Positions 1 to 13,113 of a stretch of DNA of 64,000 nucleotides are shown here, one piece after another. Both the position numbers and the translations under genes were made by a program. The stretch's first letter is position 1. Each line of letters begins with the position of its first letter. The stretch covers positions 59,954,001-60,018,000 of the forward strand of contig OZ024745.1 in the NCBI GenBank assembly GCA_964016885.1. The letters run 5' to 3'. This DNA is from Eledone cirrhosa (lineage: Eukaryota). Below the pieces are notes generated by a model. That model searched no databases, was not told the origin of the DNA, and was given only the letters and a program-made list of their open reading frames with translations.

Positions 1-2343
1 AACCTCGACTTGGAGTGAAAACCTCGACTTGGAGTGAGAACCTCGACTTGGAGTGAGAACCTCGACTTGGAGTGAGAACCTCGACTTGGAGTGAGAACCT
101 CGACTTGGAGTGAGAACCTCGACTTGGAGAGAGAACCTCCACTTGGAGTGAGAACCTCGACTTTGAGTGAAAACCTCGACTTGGAGTGAGAACCTCGACT
201 TTGAGTGAAAACCTCGACTTGGAGTGAGAACCTCGACTTGGAGTGAGAACCTCGACTTGGAGTGAGAACCTCGACTTGGAGTGGAAACCTCGACTTGGAG
301 TGAGAACCTCGACTTGGAGTGAAAACCTCGACTTGGAGTGAGAACCTCGACTTGGAGTGAAAACCTCGACTTGGAGTGAAAACCTCGACTTGGAGTGAAA
401 ACCTCGACTTGGAGTGAGAACCTCGACTTGGAGTGAAAACCTCGACTTGGAGTGAGAACCTCGACTTGGAGTGAAAACCTCGACTTGGAGTGAGAACCTC
501 GACTTGGAGTGAAAACCTCGACTTGGAGTGAGAACCTCGACTTGGAGTGAGAACCTCGACTTTGAGTGAAAACCTCGACTTGGAGAGAGAACCTCGACTT
601 GGAGTGAAAACCTCGACTTGGAGTGAAAACCTCGACTTGGAGTGAAAACCTCGACTTGGAGTGAAAACCTCGACTTGGAGTGAGAACCTCGACTTGGAGT
701 GAGAACCTCGACTTGGAGTGAAAACCTCGACTTGGAGTGAGAACCTCGACTTGGAGTGAGAACCTCGACTTGGAGTGAGAACCTCGACTTGGAGTGAAAA
801 CCTCGACTTGGAGTGAAAACCTCGACTTGGAGTGAAAACCTCGACTTGGATTGAGAACCTCGACTTGGAGTGAAAACCTCGACTTGGAGTGAGAACCTCG
901 ACTTGGAGTGAGAACCTCGACTTGGAGTGAAAACCTCGACTTGGAGTGAGAACCTCGACTTGGAGTGAGAACCTCGACTTGGAGTGAGAACCTCGACTTG
1001 GAGTGAAAACTTCGACTTGGAGTGAGAACCTCGACTTGGAGTGAGAACCTCGACTTGGAGTGGAAACCTCGACTTGGAGTGGAAACCTCGACTTGGAGTG
1101 AGAACCTCGACTTGGAGTGAGAACCTCGACTTGGAGTGAGAACCTCGACTTGGAGTGAGAACCTCGACTTGGAGTGAAAACCTCGACTTGGAGTGAGAAC
1201 CTCGACTTGGGGTGAAAACCTCGACTTGGAGTGAGAACCTCGACTTGGAGTGAAAACCTCGACTTGGAGTGAGAACCTCGACTTGGAGTGAGAACCTCGA
1301 CTTGGAGTGAGAACCTCGACTTGGAGTGAGAACCTCGACTTGGAGAGAGAACCTCCACTTGGAGTGAGAACCTCGACTTTGAGTGAAAACCTCGACTTGG
1401 AGTGAGAACCTCGACTTGGAGTGAAAACCTCGACTAGGAGTGAGAACCTCGACTTGGAGTGAGAACCTCGACTTGGAGTGAGAACCTCGACTTGGAGTGA
1501 AAACCTCGACTTGTAGTGAAAACCTCGACTTGGAGTGAGAACCTCGACTTGGAGTGAAAACCTCGACTTGGAGTGAAAACCTCGACTTGGAATGAAGACC
1601 TCGACTTGGAGTGAGAACCTCGACTTGGAGTGAGAACCTCGACTTGGAGTGAGAACCTCGACTTGGAGTGAGAACCTCGACTTGGAGTGAGAACCTCGAC
1701 TTGGAGTGTAAACTGCGACTCTGAGTGAAAACCTCGACGTGGAGTGAGAACCTCGACTTGGAGTGAAAACCTCGACTTGGAGTGAGAACCTCGACTTGGA
1801 GTGAGAACCTCGACTTGGAGTGAAAACCTCGACTTGGAGTGAAAACCTCGACTTGGAGTGAAAACCTCGACTTGGAGTGAGAACCTCGACTTGGAGTGAA
1901 AACCTCGACTTGGAGTGAAAACCTCGACTTGGAGTGAGAACCTCGACTTGGAGTGAGAACCTCGACTTGGAGTGAGAACCTCAACTTGGAGTGTAAACTG
2001 CGACTCTGAGTGAAAACCTCGACTTGGAGTGAGAACCTCGACTTGGAGTGAAAACCTCGACTTGGAGTGAGAACCTCGACTTGGAGTCAGAACCTCGACT
2101 TGGAGTCAGAACCTCAACTTGGAGTCAGAACCTCGACTTGGAGTCAGAACCTCGACTTGGAGTCAGAACCTCGACTTGGAGTGAAAACCTCGACTTGGAG
2201 TGAAAACCTCGACTTGGAGTGAAAACCTCGACTTGGAGTGAGAACCTCGACTTGGAGTGAGAACCTCGACTTGGAGTGAAAACCTCGACTTGGAGTGAGA
2301 ACCTCTACTTGGAGTGAAAACCTCGACTTGGAGTGAAAACCTC

Positions 2344-2799
2344 GACTTGGAGTGTAAACTGCGACTTGGAGTGTAAACTGCGACTTGGAGTGTAATGTAC
2401 AACTTGGAGCATAATGTACAACTTGGAGCATAATGTACGACTTGGAGCATAATGTACGACTTAGAGTGTAATGTAGGACTTAGAGTGTAATGTAGGACTT
2501 AGAGTGTAATGTAGGACTTAGAGTGTAATGTAGGACTTAGAGTGTAATGTAGGACTAGGAGCATAATGTAGGACTAGGAGCATAATGTACGACTTGGAGT
2601 GTAATGTAGGACTTGGAGTGTAATGTAGGACTTGGAGTGTAAACTGCGAGTTGAAATATAAATTGCGACTTGGATTGTAAACCTTGACTTGCAGTGTATT
2701 GAACAACTTGGGGTGTATACTGCGGCTTGGAGTGTAAACTGCGGCTCCGAATATAAACTACGACTTGCAGTGTCATATATGACTCTGAGTGAAAACCTC
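2344..2799 (+). repeat. Diverged-monomer island 1 (24 x 19 bp; HOR boundary marker)
   Basis: Order: 2x GTGTAAACTGC, GTGTAATGTAC, 3x GCATAATGTAC, 5x GACTTAGAGTGTAATGTAG, 2x GACTAGGAGCATAATGTA, 2x GTGTAATGTAG, GTGTAAACTGC, a 7-monomer diverged core (2648-2780), then GACTCTGAGTGAAAACCTC. Confidence 0.97.
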
Positions 2800-5497
2800 G
2801 ACTTGGAGTGAAAACCTCGACTTGGAGTGAGAACCTCGACTTGGAGTGAGAACCTCGACTTGGAGTGAAAACCTCGACTTGGAGTGAGAACCTCGACTTG
2901 GAGTGAAAACCTCGACTTGGAGTGAAAACCTCGACTTGGAGTGAGAACCTCGACTTGGAGTGAAAACCTCGACTTGGAGTGAAAACCTCGACTTGGAGTG
3001 AAAACCTCGACTTGGAGTGAGAACCTCGACTTGGAGTGAGAACCTCGATTTGGAGTGAAAACCTCGACTTGGAGTGAGAACCTCGACTTGGAGTGAGAAC
3101 CTCGACTTGGAGTGAGAACCTCGACTTGGAGTGAGAACCTCGACTTGGAGTGAGAACCTCGACTTGGAGTGAGAACCTCGACTTGGAGTGAGAACCTCGA
3201 CTTGGAGTGAGAACCTCGACTTGGAGTGAAAACCTCGACTTGGAGTGAGAACCTCGACTTGGAGTGAGAACCTCGACTTGGAGTGAGAACCTCGACTTGG
3301 AGTGAAAACTTCGACTTGGAGTGAGAACCTCGACTTGGAGTGAGAACCTCGACTTGGAGTGAGAACCTCGACTTGGAGTGGAAACCTCGACTTGGAGTGA
3401 GAACCTCGACTTGGAGTGAGAACCTCGACTTGGAGTGAGAACCTCGACTTGGAGTGAGAACCTCGACTTGGAGTGAAAACCTCGACTTGGAGTGAGAACC
3501 TCGACTTGGAGTGAAAACCTCGACTTGGAGTGAGAACCTCGACTTGGAGTGAAAACCTCGACTTGGAGTGAGAACCTCGACTTGGAGTGAGAACCTCGAC
3601 TTGGAGTGAGAACCTCGACTTGGAGTGAGAACCTCGACTTTGAGTGAAAACCTCGACTTGGAGAGAGAACCTCCACTTGGAGTGAGAACCTCGACTTTGA
3701 GTGAAAACCTCGACTTGGAGTGAGAACCTCGACTTTGAGTGAAAACCTCGACTTGGAGTGAGAACCTCGACTTGGAGTGAGAACCTCGACTTGGAGTGAG
3801 AACCTCGACTTGGAGTGGAAACCTCGACTTGGAGTGAGAACCTCGACTTGGAGTGAGAACCTCGACTTGGAGTGAAAACCTCGACTTGGAGTGAAAACCT
3901 CGACTTGGAGTGAAAACCTCGACTTGGAGTGAAAACCTCGACTTGGAGTGAGAACCTCGACTTGGAGTGAAAACCTCGACTTGGAGTGAGAACCTCGACT
4001 TGGAGTGAAAACCTCGACTTGGAGTGAGAACCTCGACTTGGAGTGAAAACCTCGACTTGGAGTGAGAACCTCGACTTGGAGTGAGAACCTCGACTTTGAG
4101 TGACAACCTCGACTTGGAGAGAGAACCTCGACTTGGAGTGAGAACCTCGACTTTGAGTGAAAACCTCGACTTGGAGTGAGAACCTCGACTTTGAGTGAAA
4201 ACCTCGACTTGGAGTGAGAACCTCGACTTGGAGTGAAAACCTCGACTTGGAGTGAAAACCTCGACTTGGAGTGAGAACCTCGACTTGGAGTGGAAACCTC
4301 GACTTGGAGTGAGAACCTCGACTTGGAGTGAAAACCTCGACTTGGAGTGAGAACCTCGACTTGGAGTGAGAACCTCGACTTGGAGTGAGAACCTCGACTT
4401 GGAGTGAGAACCTCGACTTGGAGTGAGAACCTCGACTTGGAGTGAGAACCTCGACTTGGAGTGAGAACCTCGACTTGGAGTGAAAACCTCGACTAGGAGT
4501 GAGAACCTCGACTTGGAGTGAGAACCTCGACTTGGAGTGAGAACCTCGACTTGGAGTGAGAACCTCGACTTGGAGTGAGAACCTCGACTTGGAGTGAGAA
4601 CCTCGACTTGCAGTGAAAACCTCGACTTGGAGTGAGAACCTCGACTTGCAGTGAAAACCTCGACTTGGAGTGAGAACCTCGACTTGCAGTGAAAACCTCG
4701 ACTTGGAGTGAGAACCTCGACTTGGAGTGAAAACCTCGACTTGCAGTGAAAACCTCGACTTGGAGTGAGAACCTCGACTTGGAGTGAAAACCTCGACTTG
4801 GAGTGAAAACCTCGACTTGGAATGAAGACCTCGACTTGGAGTGAGAACCTCGACTTGGAGTGAGAACCTCGACTTGGAGTGAGAACCTCGACTTGGAGTG
4901 AGAACCTCGACTTGGAGTGAGAACCTCGACTTGGAGTGTAAACTGCGACTCTGAGTGAAAACCTCGACGTGGAGTGAGAACCTCGACTTGGAGTGAAAAC
5001 CTCGACTTGGAGTGAGAACCTCGACTTGGAGTGAAAACCTCGACTTGGAGTGAAAACCTCGACTTGGAGTGAGAACCTCGACTTGGAGTGAGAACCTCGA
5101 CTTGGAGTGAGAACCTCGACTTGGAGTGTAAACTGCGACTCTGAGTGAAAACCTCGACTTGGAGTGAGAACCTCGACTTGGAGTGAAAACCTCGACTTGG
5201 AGTGAGAACCTCGACTTGGAGTCAGAACCTCGACTTGGAGTCAGAACCTCAACTTGGAGTCAGAACCTCGACTTGGAGTCAGAACCTCGACTTGGAGTCA
5301 GAACCTCGACTTGGAGTGAAAACCTCGACTTGGAGTGAAAACCTCGACTTGGAGTGAGAACCTCGACTTGGAGTGAGAACCTCGACTTCGAGTGAAAACC
5401 TCGACTTGGAGTGAGAACCTCTACTTGGAGTGAAAACCTCGACTTGGAGTGTAAACTGCGACTTGGAGTGAGAACCTCGACTTGGAGTGAAAACCTC

Positions 5498-5953
5498 GAC
5501 TTGGAGTGTAAACTGCGACTTGGAGTGTAAACTGCGACTTGGAGTGTAATGTACAACTTGGAGCATAATGTACAACTTGGAGCATAATGTACGACTTGGA
5601 GCATAATGTACGACTTAGAGTGTAATGTAGGACTTAGAGTGTAATGTAGGACTTAGAGTGTAATGTAGGACTTAGAGTGTAATGTAGGACTTAGAGTGTA
5701 ATGTAGGACTAGGAGCATAATGTAGGACTAGGAGCATAATGTACGACTTGGAGTGTAATGTATGACTTGGAGTGTAATGTAGGACTTGGAGTGTAAACTG
5801 CGAGTTGAAATATAAATTGCGACTTGGATTGTAAACCTTGACTTGCAGTGTATTGAACAACTTGGGGTGTATACTGCGGCTTGGAGTGTAAACTGCGGCT
5901 CCGAATATAAACTACGACTTGCAGTGTCATATATGACTCTGAGTGAAAACCTC
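5498..5953 (+). repeat. Island 2
   Basis: Same block as island 1, 166 monomers downstream; private TAATGTAT variant near 5762. Confidence 0.96.
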
Positions 5954-8900
5954 GACTTGGAGTGAAAACCTCGACTTGGAGTGAGAACCTCGACTTGGAG
6001 TGAGAACCTCGACTTGGAGTGAAAACCTCGACTTGGAGTGAGAACCTCGACTTGGAGTGAAAACCTCGACTTGGAGTGAAAACCTCGACTTGGAGTGAGA
6101 ACCTCGACTTGGAGTGAGAACCTCGACTTGGAGTGAAAACCTCGACTTGGAGTGAGAACCTCGACTTGGAGTGAGAACCTCGACTTGGAGTGAGAACCTC
6201 GACTTTGAGTGAAAACCTCGACTTGGAGTGAGAACCTCGACTTGGAGTGAAAACCTCGACTTGGAGTGAAAACCTTGACTTGGAGTGAAAACCTCGACTT
6301 GGAGTGAAAACCTCGACTTGGAGTGAGAACCTCGACTTGGAGTGAGAACCTCGACTTGGAGTGAAAACCTCGACTTGGAGTGAGAACCTCGACTTGGAGT
6401 GATAACCTCGACTTGGAGTGAGAACCTCGACTTGGAGTGAAAACCTCGACTTGGAGTGAAAACCTCGACTTGGAGTGAAAACCTCGACTTGGAGTGAAAA
6501 CCTCGACTTGGAGTGAAAACCTCGACTTGGAGTGAGAACCTCGACTTGGAGTGAGAACCTCGACTTGGAGTGAAAACCTCGACTTGGAGTGAGAACCTCG
6601 ACTTGAAGTGAGAAGCTCGACTTGGAGTGAAAACCTCGACTTGGAGTGAAAACTTCGACTTGGAGTGAGAACCTCGACTTGGAGTGAGAACCTCGACTTG
6701 GAGTGAGAACCTCGACTTGGAGTGAGAACCTCGACTTGGAGTGAGAACCTCGACTTGGAGTGAGAACCTCGACTTGGAGTGAGAACCTCGACTTGGAGTG
6801 AAAACCTCGACTTGGAGCGAAAACCTCGACTTGGAGTGAGAACCTCGACTTGGAGTGAAAACCTCGACTTGGAGTGAGAACCTCGACTTGGAGTGAGAAC
6901 CTCGACTTGGAGTGAAAACCTCGACTTGGAGTGAAAACCTCGACTTGGAGTGAAAACCTCGACTTGGAGTGAAAACCTCGACTTGGAGTGAGAACCTCGA
7001 CTTGGAGTGAAAACCTCGACTTGGAGTGAAAACCTCGACTTGGAGTGAGAACCTCGACTTGGAGTGAGAACCTCGACTTGGAGTGAAAACCTCGACTTGG
7101 AGTGAGAACCTCGACTTGGAGTGAGAACCTCGACTTGGAGTGAGAACCTCGACTTGGAGTGAAAACCTCGACTTGGAGTGAAAACCTCGACTTGGAGTGA
7201 AAACCTCGACTTGGATTGAGAACCTCGACTTGGAGTGAAAACCTCGACTTGGAGTGAAAACCTCGACTTGGAGTGAGAACCTCGACTTGGAGTGAGAACC
7301 TCGACTTGGAGTGAAAACCTCGACTTGGAGTGAGAACCTCGACTTGGAGTGAGAACCTCGACTTGGAGTGAGAACCTCGACTTGGAGTGAAAACTTCGAC
7401 TTGGAGTGAGAACCTCGACTTGGAGTGAGAACCTCGACTTGGAGTGGAAACCTCGACTTGGAGTGAGAACCTCGACTTGGAGTGAGAACCTCGACTTGGA
7501 GTGAGAACCTCGACTTGGAGTGAGAACCTCGACTTGGAGTGAAAACCTCGACTTGGAGTGAGAACCTCGACTTGGAGTGAAAACCTCGACTTGGAGTGAG
7601 AACCTCGACTTGGAGTGAAAACCTCGACTTGGAGTGAGAACCTCGACTTGGAGTGAGAACCTCGACTTGGAGTGAGAACCTCGACTTGGAGTGAGAACCT
7701 CGACTTTGAGTGAAAACCTCGACTTGGAGAGAGAACCTCGACTTGGAGTGAAAACCTCGACTTTGAGTGAAAACCTCGACTTGGAGTGAGAACCTCGACT
7801 TGGAGTGAAAACCTCGACTTGGAGTGAAAACCTCGACTTGGAGTGAGAACCTCGACTTGGAGTGAAAACCTCGACTTGGCGTGAAAACCTCGACTTGGAG
7901 TGAAAACCTCGACTTGGAGTGAGAACCTCGACTTGGAGTGAGAACCTCGACTTGGAGTGAGAACCTCGACTTGGAGTGAAAACCTCGACTTGGAGTGAGA
8001 ACCTCGACTTGGAGTGAGAACCTCGACTTGGAGTGAGAACCTCGACGTGGAGTGAGAACCTCGACTTGGAGTGAGAACCTCGACTTGGAGTGAAAACCTC
8101 GACTTGGAGTGAGAACCTCGACTTGGAGTGAAAACCTCGACTTGGAGTGAGAACCTCGACTTGGAGTGAGAACCTCGACTTGGAGTGAAAACCTCGACTT
8201 GGAGTGAAAACCTCGACTTGGAGTGAAAACCTCGACTTGGAGTGAAAACCTCGACTAGGAGTGAGAACCTCGACTTGGAGTGAGAACCTCGACTTGGAGT
8301 GAGAACCTCGACTTGGAGTGAGAACCTCGACTTGGAGTGAGAACCTCGACTTGGAGTGAGAACCTCGACTTGCAGTGAAAACCTCGACTTGGAGTGAGAA
8401 CCTCGACTTGCAGTGAAAACCTCGACTTGGAGTGAGAACCTCGACTTGCAGTGAAAACCTCGACTTGGAGTGAGAACCTCGACTTGCAGTGAAAACCTCG
8501 ACTTGCAGTGAAAACCTCGACTTGGAGTGAGAACCTCGACTTGGAGTAAAAACCTCGACTTGGAGTGAAAACCTCGACTTGGAATGAAGACCTCGACTTG
8601 GAGTGAGAACCTCGACTTGGAGTAAGAACCTCGACTTGGAGTGAGAACCTCGACTTGGAGTGAGAACCTCGACTTGGAGTGAGAACCTCGACTTGGAGTG
8701 TAAACTGCGACTCTGAGTGAAAACCTCGACGTGGAGTGAGAACCTCGACTTGGAGTGAAAACCTCGACTTGGAGTGAGAACCTCGACTTGGAGTGAGAAC
8801 CTCGACTTGGAGTGAAAACCTCGACTTGGAGTGAAAACCTCGACTTGGAGTGAAAACCTCGACTTGGAGTGAGAACCTCGACTTGGAGTGAAAACCTCGA

Positions 8901-9430
8901 CTTGGAGTGAAAACCTCGACTTGGAGTGAGAACCTCGACTTGGAGTGAGAACCTCGACTTGGAGTGTAAACTGCGACTCTGAGTGAAAACCTCGACTTGG
9001 AGTGAGAACCTCGACTTGGAGTGAAAACCTCGACTTGGAGTGAGAACCTCGACTTGGAGTGAGAACCTCGACTTGGAGTGAGAACCTCGACTTGGAGTGT
9101 AAACTGCGACTCTGAGTGAAAACCTCGACTTGGAGTGAGAACCTCGACTTGGAGTGAAAACCTCGACTTGGAGTGAGAACCTCGACTTGGAGTCAGAACC
9201 TCGACTTGGAGTCAGAACCTCAACTTGGAGTCAGAACCTCGACTTGGAGTCAGAACCTCGACTTGGAGTCAGAACCTCGACTTGGAGTGAAAACCTCGAC
9301 TTGGAGTGAAAACCTCGACTTGGAGTGAGAACCTCGACTTGGAGTGAGAACCTCGACTTGGAGTGAAAACCTCGACTTGGAGTGAGAACCTCTACTTGGA
9401 GTGAAAACCTCGACTTGGAGTGAAAACCTC

Positions 9431-9867
9431 GACTTGGAGTGTAAACTGCGACTTGGAGTGTAAACTGCGACTTGGAGTGTAATGTACAACTTGGAGCATA
9501 ATGTACAACTTGGAGCATAATGTACGACTTGGAGCATAATGTACGACTTAGAGTGTAATGTAGGACTTAGAGTGTAATGTAGGACTTAGAGTGTAATGTA
9601 GGACTTAGAGTGTAATGTAGGACTAGGAGCATAATGTAGGACTAGGAGCATAATGTACGACTTGGAGTGTAATGTAGGACTTGGAGTGTAATGTAGGACT
9701 TGGAGTGTAAACTGCGAGTTGAAATATAAATTGCGACTTGGATTGTAAACCTTGACTTGCAGTGTATTGAACAACTTGGGGTGTATACTGCGGCTTGGAG
9801 TGTAAACTGCGGCTCCGAATATAAACTACGACTTGCAGTGTCATATATGACTCTGAGTGAAAACCTC
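9431..9867 (+). repeat. Island 3 (4 TTAG monomers, 23 units)
   Basis: Same block with one TTAG monomer fewer; 206 monomers after island 2. Confidence 0.96.
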
Positions 9868-12657
9868 GACTTGGAGTGAAAACCTCGACTTGGAGTGAGA
9901 ACCTCGACTTGGAGTGAGAACCTCGACTTGGAGTGAAAACCTCGACTTGGAGTGAGAACCTCGACTTGGAGTGAAAACCTCGACTTGGAGTGAAAACCTC
10001 GACTTGGAGTGAGAACCTCGACTTGGAGTGAAAACCTCGACTTGGAGTGAGAACCTCGACTTGGAGTGAAAACCTCGACTTGGAGTGAAAACCTCGACTT
10101 GGAGTGAAAACCTCGACTTGGAGTGAGAACCTCGACTTGGAGTGAGAACCTCGATTTGGAGTGAAAACCTCGACTTGGAGTGAGAACCTCGACTTGGAGT
10201 GAGAACCTCGACTTGGAGTGAGAACCTCGACTTGGAGTGAGAACCTCGACTTGGAGTGAGAACCTCGACTTGGAGTGAGAACCTCGACTTGGAGTGAGAA
10301 CCTCGACTTGGAGTGAGAACCTCGACTTGGAGTGAAAACCTCGACTTGGAGTGAGAACCTCGACTTGGAGTGAGAACCTCGACTTGGAGTGAGAACCTCG
10401 ACTTGGAGTGAAAACTTCGACTTGGAGTGAGAACCTCGACTTGGAGTGAGAACCTCGACTTGGAGTGAGAACCTCGACTTGGAGTGGAAACCTCGACTTG
10501 GAGTGAGAACCTCGACTTGGAGTGGAAACCTCGACTTGGAGTGAGAACCTCGACTTGGAGTGAGAACCTCGACTTGGAGTGAAAACCTCGACTTGGAGTG
10601 AGAACCTCGACTTGGAGTGAAAACCTCGACTTGGAGTGAGAACCTCGACTTGGAGTGAAAACCTCGACTTGGAGTGAGAACCTCGACTTGGAGTGAGAAC
10701 CTCGACTTGGAGTGAGAACCTCGACTTGGAGTGAGAACCTCGACTTTGAGTGAAAACCTCGACTTGGAGAGAGAACCTCCACTTGGAGTGAGAACCTCGA
10801 CTTTGAGTGAAAACCTCGACTTGGAGTGAGAACCTCGACTTTGAGTGAAAACCTCGACTTGGAGTGAGAACCTCGACTTGGAGTGAGAACCTCGACTTGG
10901 AGTGAGAACCTCGACTTGGAGTGGAAACCTCGACTTGGAGTGAGAACCTCGACTTGGAGTGAAAACCTCGACTTGGAGTGAGAACCTCGACTTGGAGTGA
11001 AAACCTCGACTTGGAGTGAAAACCTCGACTTGGAGTGAAAACCTCGACTTGGAGTGAGAACCTCGACTTGGAGTGAAAACCTCGACTTGGAGTGAGAACC
11101 TCGACTTGGAGTGAAAACCTCGACTTGGAGTGAGAACCTCGACTTGGAGTGAAAACCTCGACTTGGAGTGAGAACCTCGACTTGGAGTGAGAACCTCGAC
11201 TTTGAGTGAAAACCTCGACTTGGAGAGAGAACCTCGACTTGGAGTGAGAACCTCGACTTTGAGTGAAAACCTCGACTTGGAGTGAGAACCTCGACTTTGA
11301 GTGAAAACCTCGACTTGGAGTGAGAACCTCGACTTGGAGTGAAAACCTCGACTTGGAGTGAAAACCTCGACTTGGAGTGAGAACCTCGACTTGGAGTGGA
11401 AACCTCGACTTGGAGTGAGAACCTCGACTTGGAGTGAAAACCTCGACTTGGAATGAGAACCTCGACTTGGAGTGAGAACCTCGACTTGGAGTGAGAACCT
11501 CGACTTGGAGTGAGAACCTCGACTTGGAGTGAGAACCTCGACTTGGAGTGAGAACCTCGACTTGGAGTGAAAACCTCGACTAGGAGTGAGAACCTCGACT
11601 TGGAGTGAGAACCTCGACTTGGAGTGAGAACCTCGACTTGGAGTGAGAACCTCGACTTGGAGTGAGAACCTCGACTTGGAGTGAGAACCTCGACTTGCAG
11701 TGAAAACCTCGACTTGGAGTGAGAACCTCGACTTGCAGTGAAAACCTCGACTTGGAGTGAGAACCTCGACTTGCAGTGAAAACCTCGACTTGGAGTGAGA
11801 ACCTCGACTTGGAGTGAAAACCTCGACTTGCAGTGAAAACCTCGACTTGGAGTGAGAACCTCGACTTGGAGTGAAAACCTCGACTTGGAGTGAAAACCTC
11901 GACTTGGAGTGAAGACCTCGACTTGGAGTGAGAACCTCGACTTGGAGTGAGAACGACTTGGAGTGAGAACCTCGACTTGGAGTGAGAACCTCGACTTGGA
12001 GTGTAAACTGCGACTCTGAGTGAAAACCTCGACGTGGAGTGAGAACCTCGACTTGGAGTGAAAACCTCGACTTGGAGTGAGAACCTCGACTTGGAGTGAG
12101 AACCTCGACTTGGAGTGAAAACCTCGACTTGGAGTGAAAACCTCGACTTGGAGTGAAAACCTCGACTTGGAGTGAGAACCTCGACTTGGAGTGAAAACCT
12201 CGACTTGGAGTGAAAACCTCGACTTGGAGTGAGAACCTCGACTTGGAGTGAGAACCTCGACTTGGAGTGAGAACCTCGACTTGGAGTGTAAACTGCGACT
12301 CTGAGTGAAAACCTCGACTTGGAGTGAGAACCTCGACTTGGAGTGAAAACCTCGACTTGGAGTGAGAACCTCGACTTGGAGTCAGAACCTCGACTTGGAG
12401 TCAGAACCTCAACTTGGAGTCAGAACCTCGACTTGGAGTCAGAACCTCGACTTGGAGTCAGAACCTCGACTTGGAGTGAAAACCTCGACTTGGAGTGAAA
12501 ACCTCGACTTGGAGTGAGAACCTCGACTTGGAGTGAGAACCTCGACTTGGAGTGAAAACCTCGACTTGGAGTGAGAACCTCTACTTGGAGTGAAAACCTC
12601 GACTTGGAGTGTAAACTGCGACTTGGAGTGAGAACCTCGACTTGGAGTGAAAACCTC

Positions 12658-13113
12658 GACTTGGAGTGTAAACTGCGACTTGGAGTGTAAACTGCGACTT
12701 GGAGTGTAATGTACAACTTGGAGCATAATGTACAACTTGGAGCATAATGTACGACTTGGAGCATAATGTACGACTTAGAGTGTAATGTAGGACTTAGAGT
12801 GTAATGTAGGACTTAGAGTGTAATGTAGGACTTAGAGTGTAATGTAGGACTTAGAGTGTAATGTAGGACTAGGAGCATAATGTAGGACTAGGAGCATAAT
12901 GTACGACTTGGAGTGTAATGTAGGACTTGGAGTGTAATGTAGGACTTGGAGTGTAAACTGCGAGTTGAAATATAAATTGCGACTTGGATTGTAAACCTTG
13001 ACTTGCAGTGTATTGAACAACTTGGGGTGTATACTGCGGCTTGGAGTGTAAACTGCGGCTCCGAATATAAACTACGACTTGCAGTGTCATATATGACTCT
13101 GAGTGAAAACCTC
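12658..13113 (+). repeat. Island 4
   Basis: Same block; spacing 171 monomers minus 3 bp. Confidence 0.96.

Noticed and set aside
2518-2706. Recurrent 62-aa and 73-aa ORFs as a multicopy small gene family
   Set aside because: They are overlapping frames of the same island, made of diverged satellite monomers. Their identity reflects DNA duplication, not evident coding constraint.
2648-2780. Island core as an inserted transposon or foreign sequence
   Set aside because: It parses into exact in-phase 19-bp monomers related to the consensus, with no terminal inverted repeats, target-site duplication or poly(A) tail.
2344-2799. CRISPR-like array (constant 11 bp plus variable 8 bp)
   Set aside because: The units are far too short, the variable parts are homologous to one another rather than unique spacers, and there is no leader or cas gene.
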